Source: Minisyncoccota bacterium (GTDB lineage Bacteria; Patescibacteriota; Minisyncoccia; Phycocordibacterales; UBA1550). From it: a DNA stretch of 64,000 nucleotides. The stretch lies in contig JBAZWZ010000002.1 in assembly GCA_041660105.1 (NCBI GenBank), forward strand, positions 57,964-121,963, read 5' to 3'. Under the pieces are notes generated by a model. It saw nothing but the letters and a program-made list of their open reading frames with translations, was not told where the DNA came from and made no database searches. How positions within the stretch are numbered: position 1 is the stretch's first letter; each line of letters starts with the position of its first letter. A program made the translations under genes and the position numbers. This document shows positions 48,976-58,164 of the stretch, piece after piece.

Positions 48976-49022
48976 ATCCTATCAAAAAGGCCCCAAACAG
49001 TCAAGCGATTGACTGTTTGGGG
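48976..49022 (-). promoter_or_regulatory. rpsP promoter with a 14-bp inverted repeat over the -35
   Basis: TTGACT-17-TAGGAT; CCCCAAACAGTCAA-GCGA-TTGACTGTTTGGGG. Confidence 0.6.
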
Positions 49023-49094
49023 GAGTAGTGGCTAACCACATACACTAAACTAATAAAGAAAAGGGCTCAAAATGAGCCCTTTAAGTGCAGAAAA

Positions 49095-49517
49095 CTATTT
49101 GACGGGTGTCCAAAGACTGCCATTCACCACCTTGGCCTTGAGCTTTTTGGGGGCGAGATATTGATCGTCCAAAATCTCGAATTTCTCGAAACCGTTGCGG
49201 GGCTCCATCACTACCTCTGTTTCGTAGTTTGGGCTTCCGTCGAGAAATAATAGGCGACGTCCTCTTGTTTTGACAATATCGCCAATCCTGTATGAGACAT
49301 CTTTGTCGAGATCCTTCTCCTCTGCAATTGTGCCGAGACCGAGACAGCGTCCACGGTAGGAAACGAGAAAAAGGATGACTACAAAGAAAACAGTTGCAAA
49401 AAATATAAACAGCCCCGAAAATTCTGGATCCTTGAAAGCAACAAAAAGGCATCCAGCAAATATTGCTGAAAAGATACCGATGATTATTTTCTGTGTTCTG
49501 TTTTCGTTCTTACTCAT
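49095..49517 (-). CDS. Hypothetical 2-TM protein (orphan cassette)
   Basis: SD GAGGTG; promoter TTGACA-16-TAGTTT at 49562-49589; terminator ~49060-49082. Confidence 0.75.
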   Translation of the reverse strand: MSKNENRTQKIIIGIFSAIFAGCLFVAFKDPEFSGLFIFFATVFFVVILFLVSYRGRCLGLGTIAEEKDLDKDVSYRIGDIVKTRGRRLLFLDGSPNYETEVVMEPRNGFEKFEILDDQYLAPKKLKAKVVNGSLWTPVK

Positions 49518-49633
49518 CACACACCTCACTTTTTGTAGTTGAAAGAATTACTTCTAAATTCAAACTACCACTTCCCTGCTATTTGTCAACAAAAAAAGGG
49601 CCCGAAATGGACCCTTTTGAACTAGAATGGTTG

Positions 49634-49852
49634 CTACTCTTGCGCTTCGTCCTGCTGGTTTTTCGCAAGGAGAGCGCTGAGCTTTTGTGCTGAGCGTCGT
49701 GCTTGTTGGCCGATACGGACGAGTTTGGGGATTTCAGAAATTGAAACTATCGCTCGAACTGGTTCCTTCACGCCAATTACGTTGGTATACTGAGGCAAAT
49801 TCGTAAACTCAACCAGTGCGCTTCCGTCTGGTTTCGTTGAAAGTACTTTCAT
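49634..49852 (-). CDS. Hypothetical 72-aa protein (orphan cassette)
   Basis: SD TAAGGAGG before ATG 49852; terminator ~49594-49618. Confidence 0.7.
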   Translation of the reverse strand: MKVLSTKPDGSALVEFTNLPQYTNVIGVKEPVRAIVSISEIPKLVRIGQQARRSAQKLSALLAKNQQDEAQE

Positions 49853-49988
49853 TTCTTCCTCCTTAATCATTTATGATGTACCAGATTTCATCGTACCATA
49901 AATTTACTAAATAACAATTACTTAGAAGTATGCGTGGTCAGTTGTCCCAAAATGTCATCTGTCAAATGTTCCCCAACTGTGCTATCTT

Positions 49989-52019
49989 ATGAGCAATATG
50001 AACGACAAAAATACTAAAGACTCCAACTTTGCTGAAGGCGTTATTACTACCACGGCGAAAGGTTTTGGCTTTGTTTCTGTGGGCGAAGATAGCCCGCGCG
50101 AAAACGATATCAAAATCGAGGCAGGTTTCCTTAATACCGCACTACCCCGCGACAGAGTGAAAGTACGTTTGAACGCTAAAGTCGGAGACATGCAGCAAAC
50201 GGGAGAGGTTACAGAGATTCTCGCGCGCAATAAGATAACCTTCGTGGGCCTCATCGACGAAGAAGGTGGGTCAACATTCCTCATTCCTCAGGATACACGC
50301 ATCTATGTGGACTTCTTTATTCCCAATCCTACCCAAAGCAAAGCGGGTGACAAAAATGAAGAGAAACTTCGTGGCAAAAAAGTACTCGTGCGACTCATGG
50401 ACTGGACTGACCCAAAGAAAAACCCAACCGCAGAGATTATTGAGGTACTCGGTCAGGCTGGCGATAACGAAACAGAGATCCGCGCTATCGTCCTCGACAA
50501 GGGGCTTCAGATGGAGCTTCCTGAAGAAATTCATCGTGAAGCAGACGAGCTCAAGAAAACTGCGCCTGCATTTATCGCAGAGGAAGCAAAGAAACGTCGC
50601 GACTTCAGAAATGTAACGACATTCACTATCGACCCTGCGGATGCGAAGGACTTTGACGATGCTATCTCTATCCAGACACTCGCAAACGGCGACATTGAAA
50701 TCGGTGTGCATATTGCAGACGTGTCGGCGTACGTGAAGCCTCATATGGCTATCGACGAGGAGGCGCGCAACCGTGCTACATCTATCTACCTTGTGGACCG
50801 TGTGATCCCAATGTTCCCTGAGGTTCTCTCCAACGACCTCTGCTCGCTCAATGAGAAGGAAGACAAGCTCGTGTTCTCAGCTGTGTTTACGTTTGCGCCA
50901 GAAGCGTTTAGTGACCCAAAGACGAAAGTGATTGTGAAAGACAAATGGTTTGGTCGTGCAATCATCAATTCTGCAAAGCGCTTTACCTACGAGAATGCGC
51001 AAGAAATCCTCGACAAGGGCGAAGGTCTTTTCTATAACGAGCTCAATATGCTCAATGTGATGGCAAAAAAGCTCGCTATCCAAGACAAAGCAGAAGGCGC
51101 TATTTCTTTTGAACACGAGGAGGTACGTTTCGAACTCGACGAAAACAAAAAGCCTATTCGCGTATACACAAAGACATTTCAAGACACCAATAAGCTTGTG
51201 GAAATGTATATGCTCCTCGCCAATAAAAAGGTGGCAGAGTTCGTGTCTTCGAAGCTCGGTGACAATAATGGCAAGCTCGCACACCCCGACCATGTGAATG
51301 ATCTCTTTATTTATCGTATCCACGATGAACCAAAACCAGAACGCATCCTCGAGCTCTCGAAGTTCGTCGCTGGTCTCGGGTATAAACTTCCCGTAAAGGA
51401 GGGTCGTGTATCCTCAACAGATATCAATAAATTCCTCGAATCAATCAAGGGTAAGCCGGAGGAAACAATGCTCAACACCGCCACGGTGCGCACGATGGCA
51501 AAAGCAATCTACTCGACCAATAATATCGGCCATTTTGGTCTCGCATACGAGCACTACGCACACTTCACCTCCCCTATTCGTCGATATCCTGACGTGATGG
51601 TACACCGCATCCTCGCGCACTTCCTCGCTGATGAGAGGGTTACCAAAGATGAGATGGAAGAATACCGTAAGCTCGCATCGCACTCATCTGAAATGGAAAA
51701 GCTTGCTGCCGATGCAGAGCGCGCATCTATCAAGTTTAAGCAAGCGGAGTATATGAATGAACGCGTTGGCAAAGAATTTATGGGGACTATCTCTGGTGTT
51801 GCTGAATGGGGTGTCTTCGTAGAGGAAGACGAGACAAAGTGTGAAGGTCTCATCCGTATCTCAGACCTCGGCAATGACTATTACATCTTTGAGCGCGACA
51901 AGTATCGCATCGTTGGAAAGACGAAACACGAAAAGTTTCAGCTTGGAGAGAAAATAAAATTCCGCGTGAAAGCGGTTGACCTCGAGAAGAAGTCGATTGA
52001 TTACGAGCTCGTGAAGTAA
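49989..52019 (+). CDS. rnr: Ribonuclease R
   Basis: TIDPADAKDFDDA, HFGLA..YAHFTSPIRRYPD, S1 domain. Confidence 0.96.
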   Translation: MSNMNDKNTKDSNFAEGVITTTAKGFGFVSVGEDSPRENDIKIEAGFLNTALPRDRVKVRLNAKVGDMQQTGEVTEILARNKITFVGLIDEEGGSTFLIPQDTRIYVDFFIPNPTQSKAGDKNEEKLRGKKVLVRLMDWTDPKKNPTAEIIEVLGQAGDNETEIRAIVLDKGLQMELPEEIHREADELKKTAPAFIAEEAKKRRDFRNVTTFTIDPADAKDFDDAISIQTLANGDIEIGVHIADVSAYVKPHMAIDEEARNRATSIYLVDRVIPMFPEVLSNDLCSLNEKEDKLVFSAVFTFAPEAFSDPKTKVIVKDKWFGRAIINSAKRFTYENAQEILDKGEGLFYNELNMLNVMAKKLAIQDKAEGAISFEHEEVRFELDENKKPIRVYTKTFQDTNKLVEMYMLLANKKVAEFVSSKLGDNNGKLAHPDHVNDLFIYRIHDEPKPERILELSKFVAGLGYKLPVKEGRVSSTDINKFLESIKGKPEETMLNTATVRTMAKAIYSTNNIGHFGLAYEHYAHFTSPIRRYPDVMVHRILAHFLADERVTKDEMEEYRKLASHSSEMEKLAADAERASIKFKQAEYMNERVGKEFMGTISGVAEWGVFVEEDETKCEGLIRISDLGNDYYIFERDKYRIVGKTKHEKFQLGEKIKFRVKAVDLEKKSIDYELVK

Positions 52020-52026
52020 TAAAAGG

Positions 52027-52057
52027 AAGCCCGTGGCGCATCGCGCCACGGGCTTTT
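52027..52057. terminator. Bidirectional terminator between rnr and gmk
   Basis: AAGCCCGTGGCGC-ATC-GCGCCACGGGCTTTT. Confidence 0.85.
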
Positions 52058-52060
52058 GTA

Positions 52061-52684
52061 TTACTCACGAAGGGCTGAGGGCCCGACACGGTATACGATT
52101 TTGTCACAGATTTTCTGGACAACATCCTTCGGGTCATCATTGTCGCTATTTCTGATACGATATTTGATAAAGGGACTAAGGATGTTGAGCAATTCATCAT
52201 CGAGCTTCGCGATGCGTTCCTGCTTCTTTTCTTCGCTTATATCACGCTCATTGATGCGACGGATGAGGTCTTCTTTTGGTGCTGTGACGAAGAACGTTTG
52301 GGCTTCGGGGTAAATACGAGCGATTGATTCAACCCCCTGAATGTCCACGACGAGCAAGACGAGCGCCCCCGTCGCCAACATAGAATCAAGATCATCCCGC
52401 AATGTCCCATACAAATGCCCGTAGACTTCTGCGCTCTCAACAAATTCACCACGACGAACAGATTCGATAAACTCCACACGACTGAAGAAATAGTAATCTA
52501 CCCCATTTACTTCACCCGGACGAGGGTCACGCGTCGTGCCACTAATTACCTTTTTTGTGTTTAAACGTTTTTCGATTGCTGTTGAAAGTTTAGTTTTCCC
52601 AGCTCCCGAAGGTCCTGCAAGCACCACAATGCGTCCACTCATGTCTGTTCCCCTTCCTTGGAATAGTTTGTTTGGGTGTTCCAT
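52061..52684 (-). CDS. gmk: Guanylate kinase
   Basis: GPSGAGKT, TTRDPRPGEVNGVDYYF, YGT; promoter TTGACT-17-TACTCT at 52690-52718. Confidence 0.93.
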   Translation of the reverse strand: MEHPNKLFQGRGTDMSGRIVVLAGPSGAGKTKLSTAIEKRLNTKKVISGTTRDPRPGEVNGVDYYFFSRVEFIESVRRGEFVESAEVYGHLYGTLRDDLDSMLATGALVLLVVDIQGVESIARIYPEAQTFFVTAPKEDLIRRINERDISEEKKQERIAKLDDELLNILSPFIKYRIRNSDNDDPKDVVQKICDKIVYRVGPSALRE

Positions 52685-52752
52685 AAATCAGAGTACAGAA
52701 AATTTACCAACAAGTCAAAAGCCCGTTGCGCATAACGCAACGAGCTTGTTCT

Positions 52753-53349
52753 CTACGTCAGATTCCCGACGATTTCCTCCCACGAATAGACGCGGGTGAC
52801 ATTCTTGGGAAGCTCAGCGGTTTGATTCCAAGGCGCATCGAGAAGTAACACAGGTGTTCCCGTAGCAGCAATATCAAATGCGTAATCCAAGTGATCGTCA
52901 ATAAATACTTCTATTCCAAGATCAAGACAAAGCTCCGCCTTCCTTCTCTTGGTAGGAATACCTTTATATACACTCCCATTTGGAAAATGAAAACTATCAA
53001 GTAAAAACGGAATATGTTTTTGTGCAAGAAGTAACGTGATAGGACTAAATTCTTTTCTTCGTGCAGTAATAATATGCAGTTCTTTGTCTTTGCCTTTCAA
53101 CATCCTGAGAGAGTCAACTGCTGCATTAATTAATTTGGTGGATGTGTGCTCATCGGAACTAAAGAAATTGTCGATTCGCTTGTTCGCCTCATCAAGTGAA
53201 CAACCCCAAATTTTTTCAATAGAATAAGTAAAAATATCCTTTCTTTCATACGCGGTCCCATACACACGATTATGCCACAGCGCCATCGCTTCGTTTGTCG
53301 AAACAATTACATCATCAAAATCAATGCCAATTACTTTTGCGTTTTTCAT
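52753..53349 (-). CDS. HAD-family 5'(3')-deoxyribonucleotidase-like protein
   Basis: DFDDVI, ITAR, FIDD, PWNQ, RVYSWEEI. Confidence 0.85.
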   Translation of the reverse strand: MKNAKVIGIDFDDVIVSTNEAMALWHNRVYGTAYERKDIFTYSIEKIWGCSLDEANKRIDNFFSSDEHTSTKLINAAVDSLRMLKGKDKELHIITARRKEFSPITLLLAQKHIPFLLDSFHFPNGSVYKGIPTKRRKAELCLDLGIEVFIDDHLDYAFDIAATGTPVLLLDAPWNQTAELPKNVTRVYSWEEIVGNLT

Positions 53350-53750
53350 TTAAAATCTGATTTATGGGACACAATTGCTTTTGCAATATACGCGCGAAGT
53401 TTTGGCGCGCCCGAAAAATCAGTTGTCTTCTTTGGGGTATGTTCAAAAATATTAAAACCTTTCTCATCATATCGCGGTACGAGCTGCCAATGAACATGTT
53501 TCGCTTCGTCCATATACACGAGATAAACCTTTTTAACTTTAAGCATTTTGAGGAGTGCATCGCGCGTCACATCCACGACGTGCATCAGATGCTCATACTG
53601 CTTACACGTGAGATCACGCAAGTCAGGCACTTCATTCTTCCAAACAACGATAGTGTGCCCCACGGTAACAGGAAAAAGTGCGAGACAAACATAAAGATAT
53701 TTATCTTCGTACACAATCGATTCTTTTGGAGGAGTTGGGAGTTTTGACAT
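53346..53750 (-). CDS. HIT family hydrolase
   Basis: IVYED, P.TVGHTIVV, HVHWQLVPR. Confidence 0.85.
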   Translation of the reverse strand: MSKLPTPPKESIVYEDKYLYVCLALFPVTVGHTIVVWKNEVPDLRDLTCKQYEHLMHVVDVTRDALLKMLKVKKVYLVYMDEAKHVHWQLVPRYDEKGFNIFEHTPKKTTDFSGAPKLRAYIAKAIVSHKSDFK

Positions 53751-53819
53751 ATTTACTTTACTATCTCTACTATTCCATTAATTTAACGAGTTCCTAAACA
53801 TTATTGCTTTATCAATACC

Positions 53820-54071
53820 TTATTTATACATATCCTTTCTGTGCCCAACCTTTAGAATTTTAGCCGTGTCTTTTTCAACATCAAACGCAACTCTATAATC
53901 TCCAATACGAAAACGGTATTCTCCAAATTCAAAATCTGTAAGATGTTCCGCAAAATGAAGTGGCGTCGATGCCGACATATAAAACTCAAGTTTCTCCATT
54001 ATCAACAATTGAACCTTGCGAGGAAGCTTAGAAAATTCTTTGATCGAGTTGCCCTTGAAATCGTACTTCAT
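53820..54071 (-). CDS. RelE/ParE family toxin
   Basis: YRFRIGDYRV...VGHRKDMY. Confidence 0.9.
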   Translation of the reverse strand: MKYDFKGNSIKEFSKLPRKVQLLIMEKLEFYMSASTPLHFAEHLTDFEFGEYRFRIGDYRVAFDVEKDTAKILKVGHRKDMYK

Positions 54072-54073
54072 AA

Positions 54074-54298
54074 TTAGGCAAGTCCAAGTTTCTTGTACAA
54101 ATCCTTTGATGAAACTTCTTTTTTAGAAATGCGTGCACGTGCAATATCTTGCTTATATTTTTTTGAGGTAGACATTTGATAGTATTCTTCAAGCTGACTT
54201 ACCCTTTCACGAATGGTCTCCCATACCGAAACAGGCAAGACCACAACAGGGTTCTTGCCGAGCTTGAAAATTTGCGCTTTTTTCATCAATGTATTCAT
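54074..54298 (-). CDS. Putative cognate antitoxin
   Basis: 74 aa immediately upstream of the toxin; PVVVLPVSVWE...LEE. Confidence 0.75.
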   Translation of the reverse strand: MNTLMKKAQIFKLGKNPVVVLPVSVWETIRERVSQLEEYYQMSTSKKYKQDIARARISKKEVSSKDLYKKLGLA

Positions 54299-54333
54299 AT
54301 TTTTATGATACTCTTTTTTACAAAAATCACAAA

Positions 54334-56577
54334 CTATTTCGCCACTTCCACAGCTTCTTCAAACTTGATTGAGAGGAGCTTTGAGATTGCGTCTGAGCCC
54401 ATCGTCACACCGTAAATGATACCCGCGCGCGACATCGTTTCGCGGTTGTGCGTGATCACAATAAGCTGTGAATACTTTGAGAGTGTTGCGACCATATCGC
54501 CATACTTCTTTGAGTTGGCCTCATCGAGTGCTGCATCTGTCTCATCGAGTACGAGAAATGGTGGTGGGTTCACCTGTGACACTGCGAAGATGAGTGCAAT
54601 AGAGGTGAGTGCACGCTCTCCACCAGAAAGCATCTGAAGTCCTCGAATCTTCTTGTGTGGAAGTGAGATTGCAACCTCAATCCCCTCCTCGCCTTCTTCT
54701 TCCTCAATCTCATCAGGGTTCTCAACGATGTCGGTATCCAAGCGCTTTCTCTTCTTCTCAATAGCAACCTCGAGTGAGGCAGTCCCACCACCAAACATAA
54801 GCGCAAAGAATTCACCGAACTGCTTGTTGATCTTCTTGATACCCTCTTTGAATTGCACCCCAAGGGTCTCCTCGAGCTCACGACAGAGTGCGTGGAGCGA
54901 CTCAGCGCCCTTGGTAAGGTCTTCGAGCTCGCGTGCGAGGAAATTATCGCGCTCAACGGCCTCTTCATACTCACGCATAATCTCCTCTCCCGAACCGCCA
55001 CCCATCATATCCTCGAGACGAATCTTGGTACGCTCAATCTTCTTGCGACGAGCCTCTTGCTCAGCACGAGACTCTGTAAGTGCCATCTCAATATCAATAG
55101 GAGTATTTACATAGTCGAGCACAGAGCGTCCCACGAGGATACCTCCCTCACGAAGTTCTTCACGGAAGGAAACTTCATCGCGGGCAAAGTTCTCAATGTG
55201 CTCACGTACCATACCGAGGCGAAGGGTAAGCTCTTGCTTCTTGGCACGGAACTCAAACGATGCACGCTCTGCTTCTGTCGTCTCTGTGCGCTTGTTCTCC
55301 AGTACTGCTTCAAGCTCATGAACCCTCCTCTCAAAACCACGAATCATTTCTTCGAGGTTGTGTTGTGAATCAAGAAGTGTCTTGTGCTCATTACGCAAAT
55401 CATCGAGTGCCTTAATAACGGCATCATTGTTTACGGGCACACCCTCAGAACCACGAATGTGTTCGAGAAACTTCCCCACTTTCTGGCGGGTAGCACTTAC
55501 TACACCTTTAATATACAAATAGTCCTCGCTTGATTCTGCGTGTCCAAGCTCGTCGTAGAGATTTTGTGCGAGATTCTCAGCCTCTTCTGCGCTCACAACC
55601 TTTTCGTGTTTCTCAAGTGGCGTATTCAAACGGCGCTCCTCGTACTCGATCATTCCCTCGAGGCGACCTATCTTGCGACCGAGGTCATCACGCTCACGAC
55701 GAACAGCGCCCATCTCAGAGCGGACCTTCACGAGCTCGGCAACCTCAGCGCTGTCCTTGGTCTGAACACCGCGCAGACTGTCCGCATGCGCAAGCGCCTC
55801 ATTGGCCACATGGAGTTCTTTCTCAAGTACTTCTTTCTCCTTGTGGAGCTTCTCACGTGTGTGTTTGATGTACGTCTCCTCACGAATCAAATAATCACCA
55901 TAAAGCATCGCGAGCTCATCACGGAGAGTACGTGCCTGCTCCACTTTCTCAACTTGTTTCTTCAAGAATTTAATGTGTGGAGCAATCTCACGACGAAGCG
56001 ACTCTGTCTGACGCATATTCTCCTCTGTCTTCGCGAGTTTCTTCTCGCTCTCTGCAATCTTCCACTGATAAATCTTGAGACCAAGCGCGTCCTCAATCAT
56101 CACACGGCGCTCCTTGGGTGATGTGTTCAAAATACGATCTGCCTCGCCCTGAGAAATGATGTGGTGCCCTGACGCACCAATGTGCACGGACGCAAGGAGC
56201 TCGATAACGTCCTTGAGGCGCACTGAAGATCCATTGATAAAATACTCACTCGATGCATCGCGGTGAATCTCGCGAGAAATAGCAACCTCGTCGTAATCGA
56301 TAGGAAATGTACGGTCTTTGTTATCAAAAGAAATAGTGACACGTGCGCGGTTCTGACGCTCGGCCGACTTGGAGCCGTTGAAGATGAGATCCTCGGTGCG
56401 CTTACCACGCATCGACTTGAGCGACTGCTCTCCGAGTACGAAACGAAGCGCCTCGGCGACGTTGGACTTGCCGGAGCCGTTGGGACCCACGATAGCGGAA
56501 ATAGACGCCCCAAACTCAAGGGTGCTCTTCTTTGCGAAGGATTTAAAACCTGAAATCTCGAGACTTTTTACACGCAT
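54334..56577 (-). CDS. smc: SMC-family ATPase (short, apparently hinge-less)
   Basis: GFKSF, GPNGSGKSN, LSGGE, LDETDAALD; 747 aa. Confidence 0.92.
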   Translation of the reverse strand: MRVKSLEISGFKSFAKKSTLEFGASISAIVGPNGSGKSNVAEALRFVLGEQSLKSMRGKRTEDLIFNGSKSAERQNRARVTISFDNKDRTFPIDYDEVAISREIHRDASSEYFINGSSVRLKDVIELLASVHIGASGHHIISQGEADRILNTSPKERRVMIEDALGLKIYQWKIAESEKKLAKTEENMRQTESLRREIAPHIKFLKKQVEKVEQARTLRDELAMLYGDYLIREETYIKHTREKLHKEKEVLEKELHVANEALAHADSLRGVQTKDSAEVAELVKVRSEMGAVRRERDDLGRKIGRLEGMIEYEERRLNTPLEKHEKVVSAEEAENLAQNLYDELGHAESSEDYLYIKGVVSATRQKVGKFLEHIRGSEGVPVNNDAVIKALDDLRNEHKTLLDSQHNLEEMIRGFERRVHELEAVLENKRTETTEAERASFEFRAKKQELTLRLGMVREHIENFARDEVSFREELREGGILVGRSVLDYVNTPIDIEMALTESRAEQEARRKKIERTKIRLEDMMGGGSGEEIMREYEEAVERDNFLARELEDLTKGAESLHALCRELEETLGVQFKEGIKKINKQFGEFFALMFGGGTASLEVAIEKKRKRLDTDIVENPDEIEEEEGEEGIEVAISLPHKKIRGLQMLSGGERALTSIALIFAVSQVNPPPFLVLDETDAALDEANSKKYGDMVATLSKYSQLIVITHNRETMSRAGIIYGVTMGSDAISKLLSIKFEEAVEVAK

Positions 56578-56679
56578 TATGCGTATATATTACCATATTG
56601 CGTTTTATGTTGCGACAAATAAAAAACCAGGTGGCATCACGAGATGCGCACCTGGTATATATTAGAACCTTGATAGTGT

Positions 56680-56829
56680 TTAGTTGTACATGCGAATCAT
56701 CTCTATGCGTTCTTTGCGCTCCTCGAGTGTTTCGCCCCAATGACACAAGCGGTCCATAACAAACCAAAAAAGAACGGTACAAAAAAGTGAAATCAAACCT
56801 ACAGCAAGCAACGATTGTAAATTACACAT
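56680..56829 (-). CDS. 49-aa single-TM peptide (not in ORF track)
   Basis: MCNLQSLLAVGLISLFCTVLFWFVMDRLCHWGETLEERKERIEMIRMYN; SD AAGGAGG; promoter TTGACA-16-TATAGT at 56876-56903; terminator ~56621-56656. Confidence 0.7.
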   Translation of the reverse strand: MCNLQSLLAVGLISLFCTVLFWFVMDRLCHWGETLEERKERIEMIRMYN

Positions 56830-56968
56830 TTTTCCCTCCTTGGGAAGTTGACTAATGCTGACAAACCCTACAAATACTATACACTAATATACTATTCTGT
56901 CAACCCCAATCAAGTTGCAACGAAAAAACAGGCGAGATTATCGCCTGTTTTGAATTTATATATTTACA

Positions 56969-57256
56969 TCACGTAGTGTAAACCTTTTTTAGGGTAAATA
57001 TCCCCAAAAAGAACAGTGCGGCACCCGTAAGCCCTGTGATTAGATTTACTACAAGTGACGCAGACACGAAAGTTGCAAAAATCACGCAACCACATGCTGT
57101 AAATACCATCCCAAGAACCATGCGGGCAAGAAACCCCAACATAGGATATCCGTGCTCAAACGGACTATCACCACAGAGGAAGAAATATATTCCTCCAAAA
57201 AGAAGTACTGCGTAAACAAAAGCCCAAGCAATGAAACTCTCAATTTTTCGTAGCAT
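56969..57256 (-). CDS. 95-aa 3-TM membrane protein (orphan cassette)
   Basis: SD AAGGAGG; promoter TTGACA-17-TAATCT at 57292-57320; terminator 56925-56951. Confidence 0.75.
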   Translation of the reverse strand: MLRKIESFIAWAFVYAVLLFGGIYFFLCGDSPFEHGYPMLGFLARMVLGMVFTACGCVIFATFVSASLVVNLITGLTGAALFFLGIFTLKKVYTT

Positions 57257-57388
57257 TTTTCCCTCCTTGGGAGTTATTAAGATCTGAACGAAGATTAGAA
57301 TAATATTAGAAATATGTCAACAGCAAGAGCGCGAGGCCTTTGGCCTCGCGCTCCGTGTTTCTATTTGCTAATGACTATTGGCTATCAA

Positions 57389-58090
57389 CTATTTCTGCCA
57401 CCCCTTCTTCTTGAGCCCATCCGCGGCGGCATTTTGCTCTGCGTCTTGCTTTGACTTACCCATCCCTGTCCCCACAAGCTCTTTCTCGAGATACACACCC
57501 ACGGTGAAATCCTTATCATGGTCGGGACCCTCTTCCTTAAGCACTTCGTACGATGGTGTGATGCCAACATGCTCTTGTGCCTCTTCTTGAAAAAAACTCT
57601 TTGGGTCACGCCAGAGTTCTTTGTTTACAATTTCATCTGTCTTGCCAAGGAGATGTGTCTTCAAAAATGTATCCGCTGCATCGTATCCCAAGTCGAGATA
57701 AATAGCTCCCACGAGCGCCTCAAATGCGTTCGCGATAATTATTTGTCTCGCCTTTGTGCCCCTGTCCTTCGCCTCGCCTTTTGACATCAGAAGATACTCC
57801 TCCATACCGAGATCAATGCCGAGATTGCCAAGTGTCACTGCGTTTACGAGCGCAGCGCGATAGCTTGTGAGGTCTCCTTCGTTTGACTTTGGATATTTCT
57901 TGTACAAGTAATCAGTTACCGCGAGCTCAACAACGGCGTCACCAAGGAACTCGAGGCGCTCATTGTGATCGAGTCCACGCTCGCGTGTCTCGTTGATATA
58001 CGAGCGATGCGTAAAAGCCTCACGGAGAACCGCCTTGTCGCGAAAGATAACGCCTATGCGTTCTTCGAATGGTAAAAATTTTTCTTTCAT
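57389..58090 (-). CDS. rnc: Ribonuclease III
   Basis: NERLEFLGDAV, FEALVGAIYLD, dsRBD. Confidence 0.97.
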   Translation of the reverse strand: MKEKFLPFEERIGVIFRDKAVLREAFTHRSYINETRERGLDHNERLEFLGDAVVELAVTDYLYKKYPKSNEGDLTSYRAALVNAVTLGNLGIDLGMEEYLLMSKGEAKDRGTKARQIIIANAFEALVGAIYLDLGYDAADTFLKTHLLGKTDEIVNKELWRDPKSFFQEEAQEHVGITPSYEVLKEEGPDHDKDFTVGVYLEKELVGTGMGKSKQDAEQNAAADGLKKKGWQK

Positions 58091-58110
58091 AAAAATTAAG
58101 CTGGTATATC

Positions 58111-58139
58111 CTGGATTGCTTCGCTGCGCTCGCAAAGAC
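58111..58139 (-). repeat. REP/RPE-like short element
   Basis: GTCTTTGCGAGCGCAGCGAAGCAATCCAG resembles the widespread GTCATTGCGAG...GAAGCAATC repeats. Confidence 0.6.
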
Positions 58140-58164
58140 AATCACCGTGATTGTTAGTTAAAGG

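Noticed and set aside
54334-56577. Truncated smc and short aspS/rplM as pseudogenes or novelties
   Set aside because: All catalytic or terminal motifs are present in continuous frames, consistent with compact CPR versions.
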